A stretch of 64,000 bases of DNA from Cycas panzhihuaensis (taxonomy: Eukaryota > Plantae > Cycadophyta), in the NCBI GenBank assembly GCA_023213395.1, contig CM041465.1:187805741-187869740 (forward strand). Reading direction: 5' to 3'. Both the position numbers and the translations under genes were made by a program. Below are positions 41,501 to 55,630 of the stretch, piece by piece; positions within the stretch are counted from its first letter, which is position 1, and every line of letters starts with the position of its first letter. Below the pieces are notes generated by a model that saw only the letters and a program-made list of their open reading frames with translations, did no database searches and was not told where the DNA came from.

Positions 41501-42705
41501 AGGAGATCCATAGGGTGAGGGTGGTTTTAGAAAACCAGTACATCCCAAAGCGGTCCTTACTAGATACTTTGGTTTGGTCCCTTTCGTCAACGGGATCATA
41601 TACGGTAAAAACTAGCTATAATCTGATGATGATCAAGGAGGGCTGGGTTAGGAATGATTTACTAGCTGGGGTCTGGAAGATGGGGTTGCTCCTGAAGATC
41701 GCCACTTTTTGGTGGCTATGCCTTCAAAACAAAATACTCACGTCGGAAAATCTTTTGAAAAGGGGCTTCCAGTTGGTGAATAGATGTGTTCTATGCAAGA
41801 TGGAAGCTGAATCCCTGGATCATATGTGTATCCGCTGCCCCTATACTAGTGGTATTTGGAGTGAAATCTGGCCCAGGTTGGGCCTAGTATAGGTGTCATC
41901 ACAGTCCCTAAAAGACTAGTGGTTAGCTTGGATCTTCCCTTTCAAAAGTAAAACCCTGGTCTGCCTCTGGAAGATGATCCTCCTAGTAGGCTCCTGGTAT
42001 ATCTGGAAAGAACGAAACAGGAGGATTTTTTAAGGTAAGAAGAAGGATAGTGTGATTCTGCTTACTGAGATTAGGAAGGGTATCTCAGAGATGTTGGTTC
42101 CCGCAAAGGAAGACAGGATCCCTAAGGGGGAAGTTGGGATCCTTGAGGACTGGGGTGTAGTTCCCCCAAAAGGAGGCAGAGAGAGGAGAAGTGCAACTAA
42201 ATGGAGCCCTCCAAACATAACTAGGGAAAAAATTAATTTTGATGGGGTGGCTAAAGGTAATCCCGGAGAGGCGGGAGGGGGAGGCCTATGTAGGGATCAT
42301 GAGGGAAACTTGAAATGGGCTTTTGCAGAGTACTTAGGCATTCAGTCGAACCAGAAGGCTGAGGTCCAGGCCATGTTGAGGGTAATAGTTCTGTTGGAAA
42401 AGGAGGGAGGGCAGAAGGTGATCATAGAAGGGGATTCTATGTATGTCATTAATTGCCTAAGAGGGGAGGCAGATCCTGGGTGGGATAACATAGATATTAT
42501 CAGGGACGTCCAAGATGTTCTGAGCTCCAAAAATGGTGTCCTGATCCAGTACACCTATAGGGAAGGGAATTTGGCTGCAGACTGGCTGGCAAACTAGGCC
42601 ATGATAAACAAAAGGACTAAAACCTGGAAGGAGGATTATCCGGAAGAGTTACTAAGACTGGTCAGGGTTGATGCTCATATCAGGGAGGTAGTGAGGGGAG
42701 GATGA
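38505..42705 (+). pseudogene. LINE ORF2 (APE endonuclease, RT, zf-RVT, RNase H); many nonsense codons, one frameshift at ~41010
   Basis: MKVLSWNIRGLN, GDFNS, RLDR, SDHSP; FRPISLCN, KIDMSKAYDRV, QFVDD; CVLC..E..DH...C; NFDG.AKGNPG.AGGGG, IIEGDS, REGN.AADWLAN. Confidence 0.95.
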
Positions 42706-43879
42706 GAGGATTATATCTGGGCTAGACCATTGGCCTGTCATAGTTATTTTTTTAAGCCGATAGGCCTTAATGTATAGGGTTTGGGGACCTAGTTAAAACC
42801 CCTTCAATTTAATTTTACCTTATCAAAAAAAAATTGTTATCCTTTTTTAACTTTTAGCCTAACATTTAGATTATTAGTAATTATTTATTACATTTGAATA
42901 TTTCATGTGATCTTGTTCATCTTGGGATAATGGAGGGCATTTTGTAAGGGCTTCTACAAGGTTAGTAACTATGGAATGAAATCAAAGTGGGGAACACAAT
43001 TATTGCATTCCAAGGTAAGTTATCATTTGAGTGAAAGATGTTATGTTTTAGACATGAGCCAATTTTGAAGATGTTGAGATAATCATAGGATTAATGCAAT
43101 GATACCAAGGACTTTAAGTAGGACTAGATGCTTCAAGGGTAGTTTTTAAGGGAAATCTGTTATCCAATGATGAGCACCATAATGTGAGAAGGTGATGGGC
43201 TATCTATGGATACAAAAATGAATCCCAAAACTATCACCATTTATATGAAGAGGATGTAGTTAGTCAAAATAAAAATCTAATGTTAAATGGAAGCTAGATC
43301 CTAAGTTAAGATAAAACACATAAATTTATTAGGTTATCAACGGGATGTTTAGATAATGGGAGAATATTTTTAAATAGTGGTTATGAGACTTTAATTATAA
43401 GATGATTTTTTAATGAGGAAAAGCCTAAGGATCACAAATTTAATACCACTTGTAGTGGATTTAATGGACACTACCCATTAGACACTAAAAACCAATAAAA
43501 ACTTGAATAAAACTACCTATAAATAAGCTAATAAACATGATCACTAATGAAAGCTAAATTGAAAGGGAAAAGAAAAAAGAAAAACTAGAAATGAAGGCTA
43601 AAATGTCTCTTTAAATAGAGATATTAATATTATGATATTATGGTTGTGTCAAGATTCAAATATAAATTGAAGAATAACTAATGATTTATTATGAGAGAGG
43701 TGATCTCCTTAAGTATACATGAAGAATTGTAATCGCTATGTGTCCTAATGACACATGTCCAACATATGTCTAAGCTACATTAAGAGGGGTTAAGACATTA
43801 CCTTGAAATAATCCTAAGATAAAGCATTATATCTTAATACCCTCTCTTAATGTTTTATCTATTCAATCTTATTTTATCT

Positions 43880-46800
43880 CTAACGATTTAAAATTTATCC
43901 TTACTGAGTGGCTTTGTTAAGATATTTGCAACTTACTCATTTGTTGGGTAGTATGCCAAGTCAATTTCCTTATTCTACACCTTTTCCCATATGAGATGAT
44001 GATGCACCTCAATATGTTTTGTTTGTGCATATAATACAGGGTTTTTGGTCAATTTGATAGCACCCTGATTATCTTAAAATAGAGTTATTGATCCTTGTTG
44101 TTATTGATCTACATCTTATAGAAGTTATCGTAGTCAGATTACTTTATATGAGGCGCTAATAACTTACTTGTATTTTGCTTCAATGGATGAGAAAGCAAGT
44201 GTAGGTTGTCTTTTACTACTATAGGAGATAACTGTTGATTATAGAAAGAAGTAGTACCTATTTATTAATCTCCTCTTTTCTTTATCTTCTACCCAGCCTT
44301 AGTCATAAAATTTAATTAACTTATCTGATTTCATTTTTGGACAAGTAAGTTTTAGATCAATTGTTCCATTTAGATACCTAAGTATTCTTTTAGCAGCCTT
44401 CTAATGTCTTGTATTTGGATCTTACATATATCTAGAAACTAGACCCACAGAATATGAGATATCAGGTCTAGTTACAGTGAGATAAATTAGGCTTCCAATT
44501 AATTGCCTATATGGTATTACATAAAATATAGTTTTCCTTTCAACTAGAACCAAGTCATAATTAGTTTTTATGGGAGTTACACAACTATTACAATCTTCTA
44601 ATTTGAATCTAGTTAGTAGATCTTTGATGTATTCTCTTTGAAATAATATGATTAAGTCTTCATTTTGATTGACTTCTATTCCTAAATAATAATTTAGAAG
44701 TATTAACTCTATCATCTTAGAGCCCTTTTCTAGTTGAGTCTTTATGTTTGATATTAATTCTATGTCACTTCCTATGATAATCAAATCATCCACATATACT
44801 GCAATTCAGGTGATCAACCTATTTCTTTTCTTTGTATATAGACTAGAAACTAAGCTACATTTGATGAAACTATTTTGAGTGAGATATTTATCCAATTTGG
44901 CATATCAACCTCTTAGGACTTGCCTTAGCCTATATAGTGTATTTTTAAGTTTGCACATAAGATTTTCTTAGTATTTTTTAGTGTATCCTTATGGTTATCT
45001 CATGTAAACTTCTTCTTCAAACTCCCCATTTTAAAAGGTATTTTTTACATCCAACTGATAAATTTTCTAGTTGTGATGAGCTGGTAAGAAATTATTATTC
45101 TCATGGTATCTAATTTGGCTACTGGTGAGAATGTTTCTTCAAAGTCTATCCTAGTTGTTTGGGTATAGTCCTTTATTATAAGTTTGACCTTGTTTTCTTT
45201 ATTTTGTATACCCACTTGCACTAGACCATAGGCTTACCAACAGATAAATTAACTAATTCCCAGGTCTAATTTTTGGAGATTAACTCCATCTCAGTATCTA
45301 TTACAGATTGCCATTCTTCATGTTCCTTTGCTTCCTCAAAGGACTATGGTTCTATATTATTGAATAATGCTTAATACCTTTGGCTTCTTGTCCTATGTGT
45401 GAACAAATCTCCTTTCCCTTCTTTAACTATCTTAACATACCATTTTGGTACCCTTTTTTCCTTCTTGTTTTTTTCTTCAATGATTAAGCCTATCAGATAT
45501 AGTTCTTCCTCCTTAATGGTTGAGATTTCATAAGACAATGGTGCCCTTTCTTATTCATCTATGTCATCAGGTTTTGTATCTTCTAAAGTAACTCTAGAGA
45601 TTTCTTCTACAAGAGGTTCTTCTTGAGATATCCTCTTTAGTGCTTCTTCAATTACTTGAGAAATTAGAGTATTTCCAATGATATCTTCTCATTAAAGATG
45701 ACATCTCTACTTATATAGATCTTATTAGTTTTTAGATCTATATAGTTATAAGCTTTTGAATTTTTACTGTAGCTTATCATTATGCATTCTATACTTTTAG
45801 AGTCAAGTTTTAACCTCCTTTTGTCTGGTATACGAACACAAGCCCAACATCCAAAAATTTTTAAGTTACTTACATATGGTTTATGCCTAGTCTAGGCTTC
45901 CTCTGGAGTAACTTATTCTAAGGCCTTTGTTAGACTTTAATTTATGAGGTAACCAATTATACTTACTGCTTCTTCCCAGTAAGTATTTAAGATTTACCTA
46001 TCTTAAATTATGCTATGACCCATCTCCATGATTGTTCTATTCTTTCATTCAGCAACTCCATTAGACTGTGGTGTATTAAGAGTTGTAAACTGTATGTGTA
46101 TTCTATGTGCCTTACAGAAATTCAAATATTCCTTCAAAATATATTCTCTTTCATTATCTAATCTAATGCATTTTATTCTTGATCTAGATTCCAACTCGAT
46201 TTCAACCTTGAATTCTTTAAACATTTCAAAGACCTTAGGTTTATTGCAGAGAAAATAAATACATACTTTTTTAGAAATTTTATCAATGAATATTAAAAAA
46301 TATCTAGTGCTATTAATTAAATGAGGAGAAAGAGGTTCACATAGGTTAGTATGTATTAATTCTAATTTATTTTAAGCTCGCCATTCATTTTTCTTAAAAG
46401 GAAGACACTGTCGTTTCCCAAGCATATGACTTTTACAAACAAAATGATGAAATATAATATTTAGAAGTCCATCAACCATTTTTTATTTGTGTAGTTGTTC
46501 TAATCTATCTAAGGAGATGTGGCCATACTTGAAATGTCACAAATTATTATTGTCAATCCTTATTCTAGTATATGCTTTTACATCCTTATTAATAATTATA
46601 AGATTAAGAAGTAACCTATATAAATCATTAATTTTTATCCTTTTTATAATTACAACAATATTTTTCTTTATATCTAAAATGTAATAATACCCTTTCTCAT
46701 CCAATATGGTCCTCAATTTTTTCTTTTCGAGCTGAGAGATAGAATGATTTCTTTTCGAGCTGAGAGATAGAATGAAGGTTCTTTTTCAACCTAAGCATAA

Positions 46801-47975
46801 AGAGTATATTTCTATTTTTTTATACACCACCATTTGATTTAATAGCTATTGTCCTAAATCCTTTGATATCCAGGGGATACTTGTCCTCTAACTCAATAGT
46901 CTTATTAGAAGAGTAGAGTTTAAGTGACACAAACCAATCTTCTCACCTTGTCATATGTCTTAAGACTCCAGAGTCAATATACTATACTTCTTCATCTTCA
47001 AGGTTAGTAATGGGTGTGACGATAAAGGTTATCTCTTCCTCATCTTCATCTATTTGTTCTTTGCTATAATTTCCTATTAGTTGCTTCTCTCTCTAGATTT
47101 TAACTTTATTATATATGCACTGATAGGGGTAATGCCTAAACTACCTACAATAGTAGCAGACATCGAATGTTCTGCAATTGCTTAAGAAGTGGCCAAGTTT
47201 CTCACAATTGAAGCAAGCTCGTGTGTCTTTAGGAGGTATTAAGTGGCCTCATTCTTTATTCTCCTACTATCTTCCATGGGACTAATTTATGGTATTTGGT
47301 GTTCATGCACATTTACAAGCTTTCCCTCTTCCTCTGGGTCTTAAATTAAGTTTGGTTACAAAAGCATATTCTATTTCTACTACATCCTCATATCATTTGT
47401 TCCTCTATTCCTATCTTAATAACAACCCTATTAAAGTATCAAGAGACATTGTGTTAATTTTATTACTATTGGTTGTTATGTTAATTATGATATCAAATGA
47501 TTTGGGAAGCTTTCTTGCTATCATCTCAATAATTTTTTGTTCTGTTATGCTTACTATAACACTCAGTAGGTCATTTCTGATTGCAACAACTTTATGAATG
47601 AATTCTAAAATTGTCTTTGTATCTTTCATATATAATTTAAATAATTCTTTCTTGAGGGCTATGATTCTAGCTTGATTCTTTTGATTGTACATGTTTTTAA
47701 ATATTCTCCAAATTGTAGAAGAAGAATTCAATCTTTTAATATAAATAAGAAAAGGATAAAAAATAGATAGTTTTAATGTTATCACCCCTATATTTTCTCT
47801 CTTCCCAACTAGTTTGAGCAGCACCAGCAACTATAGGATTTAATTTAGCCCCTCTCGTTATGTTTAAGACATTTTTGTCCCTTACAAGTGTTTTAACTTT
47901 GATTTTCCAAACATGATAATTTGTTTCTATTAATTTATATTACTTAGTAAGGTCTAAGATAGAGACAACCATATT
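43880..47975 (-). pseudogene. Copia A gag-pol pseudogene
   Basis: YVDDLIIIG..YRQLIGSLIYLTVTRPDISY RT; TPQSNGVAE integrase; IDSGVLRHM protease; two CCHC knuckles; gag ORF 47411-47830. Confidence 0.9.
46720..46775. repeat. Perfect 28-bp tandem duplication inside Copia A protease region
   Basis: (TTTCTTTTCGAGCTGAGAGATAGAATGA)x2. Confidence 0.9.
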
Positions 47976-49609
47976 TAATCAAATGAATAAAGGAATACAA
48001 ACCCAAACCATACGTTATATAGATTTTTGTATAATTTTTTAATTATATAAACTTGATTGAAAGCTACCTCAAACCGAAGATTCTTCAAAGAGGAATTTGA
48101 ATATATAAGAATCTTTGAGAGATTCTTCATAGTTTATTCAAAAATTACTCTAAAAATAAAAACTAGGTGGCTAGGGTTTTTAGGAAATTTACTTATAAAG
48201 CAAAAAAATTTCGCTAAAAATCTTCTAAATTGGTTTTGAAAGAAGTGCACCATTAAAAAAAAGATTTTGCAGTAGATTTTACTTGAGAAATAAGATATTT
48301 TGATCAAACTTTATATTTGAATCTCTAAACTTGTGTACCTAGTAAACAGGTAAAAAGGCCTTGAAAATAACTTCAACTCACTTTAATGCAGAAGGAAAAG
48401 TTAAAGAGGATCATGAGATCTACTTGTTGGTCAAATTTTATGAAATTATAGACACTTTTAATTTTTGGTGTCTATACAATCGTATAGTTTTATATTGTCC
48501 ATACAATTGCTATGTTCATCTTTTGTCTTGCTTGAAAATTTTAATGTCTTCATTGATAATTGGCTCATCTACTGATATTTAATAATTAATGTCTCTTGTC
48601 TAGATAATTTTATCTTCGTTTAATAGGAAGCCCTCTCTCAAATAGGTAGACTGACCTGCTCTAATACTATGTCAAGATTCAGACATAAATTGAAGAATAA
48701 CTGATGATTTATTATAAAAGAAATAATCTCCTTAAATATACATAAAGAATTGTAACCATTATGTGTCTTAATAATATGTGTCAAACATATATCTAAGTTA
48801 CACAAAGAGTTACATAAAGAAGGGTTAAGACATTACCCTTAATTAATCCTAAGATAAAACATTATATCTTAATAAAATGAGTGGATCTATTATTCATCTC
48901 CATGTACTATACACAAAGGTAAACATGGGAGTAAGAGAGACTTAAGAGAAAAAGAGTAGCTCTCATAAAATGGGAAGGTAAGAATGAGCCTCGTCCATTG
49001 AGCTTTTACTTTTATATTAAGAGATGAAGCATTAGAGTTAGGTAAAATAAAATTATATATAATGCATATGAAAGTGTATTTCACTTAAGTGATCTAATTT
49101 AAAGTTCACTTAAGACCCTTTTAGGAATAATCAACTAATATAATGACCTTATGACATTAACCTATTTCAATCTCCTCCTTAATGGTAGAAGGTCATTTCA
49201 TCATATTTTATTATATCCTATGAGGTCTTCATTTGAGCCTCTTACAAAGCAAACTACTATGATACTTTTGTGGGGAACCCTCATGGGGAAGAAAACCCAT
49301 GAACGTTTTAATCTACTAACCTAGATCATGCAGCTATTTAAATAAAGCTAAATAGCCAATCAGTACAATGAATTTTATAGCTAAAATCCACTGAGTCTTT
49401 ATATACTATTTGGTCATCTCCCATGCCCTTTTGAGTTTTCATAGGTTTTGATTTTTTAAAATGGTACAACCATTATACTTTCACACCCACAAGGGGTTTT
49501 CATGAATGGGATAGAGGAGAGACTTACTCCTATCCTTCCATGCCCACAAGGGGTTTTCATGAATGAGACAGAGTATGATAGTCTTATTGTTATCTCCTTC
49601 AATCAGTTA

Positions 49610-52600
49610 AAGATGGAGTCCTTAAGGCCAAGTTTCCTTTGAAACTATTCAAACTTCACCCTTTGCAGTGGTTTGGTGAAGATATTAGCCACTTGATCTA
49701 TTATGAGATAGTACTCTAGTTGAATCATGTCATCATGAACTAGTTCTCTAATCCTATGTACTTTCATACTTATATATTTGGTATGATTGTGAAATATAAG
49801 ATTTTTAGCCATGTGGATTATAGATTGATTATCCATATGTAGGCTGGTAGAACTTGTTTGGGTGACATTTAATATATTCAATAATTTTCAAAGTCATATC
49901 ACCTCCTTGCTTATCTCTGAAGTAGTAATATATTCAGCTTTGGCAGTTGAGTTTGTAACTATCTTTTATCGTCTAGATCTCCATGATATTGTATTATTCT
50001 AAGAAACATTAAATACTCAGACGTCGGTATTCTTATATCTTTATCTTTGGTAAAGTCTGAGTTTGTGTATATATAAAGTTTGAATTCTGCATAGGGTTCA
50101 TATAACAAACCATATTTGCTAGTTATCTTTAGGTACATCAACACTCATACTGCACCCTGCTAGTGATTTTACTTAGGATTTATTATGAATCATGTAAGAA
50201 TACTGATAGAGTGTGTAATAACTGACCTTGTATTGGTAATATAGATGAGGCTACTTGTAAGTTATCTGTAGAGTGTTGTGTTTGCCTTCCTAGTGTCACC
50301 ATCAACTATGAGTTTAATATTAGGTCCTCTAGGTGTAGCCACTAGTTAACTATCTTCCAACTGAAACTTTATCAAAAGAACATTGATATATTTTTCCTAA
50401 GAGAGAAAGATTTTGCCATTCTTTTGAGTTACTTCAATTCCCAAGTAATATTTCATCAACCTGAGGTTAGACAATTTAAAAGTTTTAGTAAGGTCCTTCT
50501 TCAACTAGTTGATTACTTTTCATTATTTTTAGTTATTAGCATATCATCCACAAAGATTAAAAGGTAAATGACTTTATCTTTTTAATTCTTGATGAATAAT
50601 GTTGCATCAATGTCTTAATAGTCACAAACCTTGTATCTAAGTTGCCTCATTCTTTTAGACAATTTAGTAAACCAAGTATGAGGGGCTTATTTTAGGCTGT
50701 CTAAAGACTTTCTTAGACTATAAACCTTATACTCCTGATTAACGATCCCGTATCCTTGTGGCTGAGCCATGTAAATTTCTTCTTTAAGGTCCCCATTAAA
50801 AAATGCAGTCTTAACATCAAGTTGGTGGATTTTCCAACCCTGTTGAGTAACCAAGGATATAAGAGTTTTAATTATAGGCAACTTGGTTATAAGAGCAATG
50901 ATTTTAGTGTAGTCGATGCCTTCCTTTTATGTAAATTCTTTTGCTACTAGTCTTACCTTATATTTTTCTAGGGTACCATCTGATCTATACTTATTTTTGA
51001 ACACTTGATTATTTCAAACTATCTTTCTTCCAAGTGGTAGATCGATGAGCTTCCATGTACCTTTCTTGATAAGAGGTTGATACTCTTTAGTCATGACATT
51101 TCTCAAAGTTATATGCTTTATATCTTCTTGGTATATTAGAGGCTCTTCATTAAGAGTAAGATGCAATTCTACTAGTTCATACTCAATGGAAAGCAATTTG
51201 TATATGCTTGCTCTATAGGCACCTCTAATACCAACTTTGCCTACCTTATCTGGTTGCATATCCTTGTGTAGCTGGTAGGTTGTATGAAAACCCCAAGTTA
51301 GAAATGAGGTTTTTATTTCCACAATATCTTGGTCTTCATTTTAATCCTAAAAAGGATCATGTGAAATGTTTGGTATAGAGGAAGTTGATGATGTTGGAGA
51401 AGATGGGCCAGCCACTAATGTTAGAGAAGGTGGTGCTTCTACTATGGCTTTACCTTTATCAACTTAGCTATTCTCAAATGATAGTGCTATATGTGCACAC
51501 ATCATCCTAGAGTCATAACTTGTATATTTCAAGGCTCTATTATTAGATTTTAAGATTTTGAACAATTATTGAGCATCTCCCCCCCTAAATTTTAGAATAT
51601 AGACATCAAATTTAGTAGTATCGTTAAATCAGTACAAAGGCATCTTAGAGTCAAGTCTGAGTAATTGATCTTCAATCTCTACAAAGATAACATCTTTAGT
51701 GATAATGATTTTATGTTATGAAGGTATAAAAACTTGTATTCCTTTTTATCCATAAAGTATCTAACAAAGATGCCTTTGAGGGCTCTATCTTAGAGCTTAT
51801 TTCTATGTTCCTCCAAAATGTGAGCATAATAAGTAGAGCCAAAATTTTTGAAGTACGAGATAGAGGGGGTTTATCCATACCACATTTTATATGGAGAGGG
51901 GTCAAGCTTGGAAGGATTAACAGTATTGATGTAATATATGACAGTCCAAATAACCTAAGTCCAAAGATAGATAGGGATGTTTTTGTATACCAACATAGCA
52001 CGAGCTATGTTTATGATGGTCATATTCATGCACTTAGCAACTCCATTTTGCTAGGGTATACCTATAATGGTGGTCTAATGTTTGATCCCATGGTGACGTA
52101 GGTACAATTCAAACTCATTGGAGGTGTACTTACCATCATTGTCAGTCCTGAGTATTTTGATCTTGAATCCTAATTCTTTTTTCATACAAGCTTTAAAAGC
52201 TTAAAATATAAAAAAAGCTTCATCTTTCTTTGTAAGAAAAACAACCCAAACTTTCTTTGTAAAATCATCAATAAAAGTAATATAGTACCACTTTTGTTTG
52301 AGAGAAGGGATGGGCATAAGACCACATATATCTAAGTATACAAGCTTCAAAGGTTTGATAGATTTCCACTGACTACAAGGAAAGAGTTATCTTTAAGATT
52401 TTACAGTGATACATGCTTCACATTTGAAGGGCTTAGAGGAGAGCCTAGGCATACTAAAAATAGTGGCATGTAATTTTCTTAAACAATCAATTTTGATATG
52501 GCCCATATGATCATGCCATAGGGCCGCTTAGGACAACTTTTGACGAGTTAGGATTATGGTAAAAGTAGAGTCATCATCAACATAGTTAGCTTTAGAGGAT

Positions 52601-54170
52601 GGTGAGCTAATTAGGAAAAAAAAAATTACCATCAATAATTTCAGTCATAACTATAGTATTTGAAGAGGGTGAATGACATAAAGAGTTTGATTATTTACAA
52701 TTATACTCAAATCAAATCCATGAGAGACAAGGGTGGATAGGGAGTACAGGTTTTGCTTTAGAGTAGCAATATATAAACATTAAAAAGGGTAAAATCTAGA
52801 AGTCTTGGGAGTTTCAAATAAACAATTCCAAGTCCTTCAACTGGCTAAGATAACTTGTTAGCCATAGGTATAATATCACAAACTTTAGAGTTAAAATCCT
52901 AAAAGAACTAACAATGGCAAATCATATGTTATGTTGCTCTAGTATCCATGATCCAAGATGAAGTATTTAAGGTGGCACTATTAACAACTCCAAGTAGTAA
53001 AGGCAAAAGTGAATAAACATAACCACCATAAGTCTTAATATGCTTAGTGGATCTATCAATAACATTTGATGAAATATCCCCAATTCTTTGAAGGTGTGCA
53101 TGAGAAACTTACATTCCACCAAAAGTATCTTCGAAAGAAATATTATTAATATTATGTACACTATGGCACTGTTCATAGCTTAGTAGTTTATCAGTGGCAA
53201 TTCTACAATTTTTGGTATAATATCCTTTTCTATGATACCTTTGGCATACAATTATTTAATTTCTAGTCCTATAAGAAGCATTAGGCTGGCTGGATTATCT
53301 TTGATTGTGGGATCTACATCTAGGTTGATTATTTTGGCCTTGGCTTTAAGACTATTTTATTTGTGTTAGGGAGCTTGTTGACCACAAGGACATTATCCTT
53401 ATCATTTATTCCTGCCTCTTCCACAGGAATTACCACCTCTACAAGAGGATTAACCTTGATTTTTGGTATAAAAAATATATTCTTCCACTTCAAAAGTAGC
53501 ATCGGTAGGATTTGATAAAGTCGTGAAGTTGGTATTGAAATTCTTATCCAATTCAATGAACTTATGAACAAGATCCTTAAAGTTTAGGGGCTTCAAGGTG
53601 CTACTAGATTGAAGACTTCCCAATAGACTTTTATAATCTAAGATATGAAGACATGATTGAATTAAGAAAGCCCATGTAATATATTAAATCTTGAAGTCTT
53701 TAACGATAGCTCAATTAATGGGACAAAGGAGATTGATTATCTCACATATGTGTCCTTTCTACATTTTTTATTTTTTTATCTCCAATACTAAGTGAACAAA
53801 TTCTAAGCCTGATTTAGTATCAAAGGTTTTCTTAAAAACTTTAAGAATTTTCCATGTTATATCATGTATGGCTTCATCAATGAGGTTATACAGGGAATAA
53901 TCAGTGACAAGAAGTATCCCTATACAGATTTTATTATAATCAAGTTCCCATTGGTATTTGCTTACAGTATTAGTCGGAGACTTTGGAGGAGTTCCTTTAG
54001 AGGCAAGTGTAGTAGCAATGGTAGTAACAATTGGTATAAGTTATAGGTAATCTCTTCAAAGACCTTTATACTTTACAACATTTCTAACACCAGTGAACCA
54101 CATGTCCCAATTTTCTTTCCCTTTAAGCATACAGTTCATATTTTACTTAAACTATGAAGACATGATATCT
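49610..54170 (-). pseudogene. Copia B gag-pol pseudogene
   Basis: HQLDVKTAFFNGDLKEEIYM, GTWKLIDLP.GRK, DNQS..HNHTKYI..QVANIFTKPL, WIMDTRAT*HM protease. Boundaries approximate. Confidence 0.9.
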
Positions 54171-55300
54171 TTTGAGAACAGAAAAAATGAACAAGAGACT
54201 ATGAAAATGATGGCAATAAATGACCAATCATTATTTATAAATAGGATATGTAATGAAGCAGTGTAACAAAAGGAAGAATAAAGAAGTGAGAATAATTACT
54301 CAAAGATGAAGGGAGCAACTTAGAGAAAAGTCACCAACACTTGTGATAAATATTAACCTAACATAGAAGGAATATGAGAAGTACTATGATAAAAATTGGC
54401 TACCATGGAAAATATTAACCTGATATAGTAGGAATATAAGAAACATTATAATTATGATTATACTATAGATCACTTTTTACAAATAAGTGATTAATATACA
54501 AGATTATAGGTCAATGTGGAGGCTGACATCATTAGGTGTACATAAATTTAGAGCTCAAATGTAGGATGTGTAATCAACCCAATAACCTCTAACTTGTATC
54601 CAATATGTAGTTGAAGTTACTGAAGGGATGCCTTAGCCTCTAGTAGAATTAAATTGACCTTCACCCATGATACTCATAATTGTTCTTGGTGATGAAATCC
54701 AAGTCGTAACGAAGCTTAGGTACTCCCAATCCTTACCACATTTACCAATGAGCACCTATATAACTCCTCCAAAGAGTGGTATGTGCATATCCATAGCTAT
54801 GATGGATATTATGCTAGGTATATTTTAATTTTGTATTAAAGTTTTAGTTTTCTTAGTTGGTTATCAACATGATCCTTGATTGAGATACTATAGCAAGGCT
54901 AACCAAACCACACCAATATTCCAATCAAGTCCAATCCTAACTTGAAACCCACACATCTTGTATGGAATAGTATTCTACCAACCAAGGTATCTCAACCTTA
55001 GCGAGTATGTAAATAGGTACAAGATGGCAAAAAATGACATACGTAATGTGTTCCTTTTAGGGAGAGTAAAAAGATTATGAAATTTGCATCAAATATATAT
55101 GTAACTAAAAATAGAATGCTTTTAGAATGCTAGCCTTTATTGCTTACTTAGAGTACTAAAAAAAATAATTTTAAGAAATGAGGTAAGGGCACTAGATATT
55201 ACTCCAATCCAAGTGTTTTCCATTCACTTTTACAATGGGCTTTAAAGCCTTAAAAAAGAAAGAAAGTTTCTTCACTTTTTTTTTTAATATAAAAGTAGTC

Positions 55301-55630
55301 TTCACTAAAACAACAATAGCTTTCTCCCTTCATAACAAAATTAAGTGACAATTTTTGTACTAAAAACTAGACTCAAAGTTGCATCTTTAAGAAGTAGAAT
55401 TAGGGCCAAATAACTTCTACAAAATTTTTTGTAGTCCCACAAAATTAATAGAATTTTTTTTTTAATTCTTGCTAAAAATAATTATTGTTCACTAAAATAG
55501 TAATACCTTTCTCATACGACAATAAAATTGGGTGCCAATTTTTGTGTTATAAATTAGACTTAGAGCCACATCTTTATCAATTAAAATTAATTCAATTGGA
55601 GATCTATATAATTTTTAGTAGATGTGTAAA
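55301..55630. repeat. Degenerate ~187-bp tandem repeat (2 copies) in the Copia B leader
   Basis: ttcactaaaa..aata.ctttctc...caatttttgt...tagact...catcttta at ~55301 and ~55488. Confidence 0.65.

Larger units (their letters stand above)
36309..42831 (+). mobile_element. Apparently full-length L1-clade LINE (Ta11-like, with RNase H)
   Basis: TSD aattgttatcctttttt at 36292-36308 and 42832-42848; 3' end cttatc(A)n; ORF1 and ORF2 present; markedly more GC-rich than flanks. Confidence 0.96.
43647..48872 (-). mobile_element. Copia A: full-length decayed Ty1/Copia with short LTRs (last 2 nt displaced to 56457-56458)
   Basis: LTRs 43647-43839 and 48670-48872(+56457-56458); perfect TSD ggttg 43642-43646 and 56459-56463; PBS 48658-48669; PPT 43840-43848. 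Confidence 0.93.

Noticed and set aside
36309-42831. GC-rich island as horizontally transferred or viral DNA
   Set aside because: Fully explained by a plant L1 LINE with TSD and poly(A) tail.
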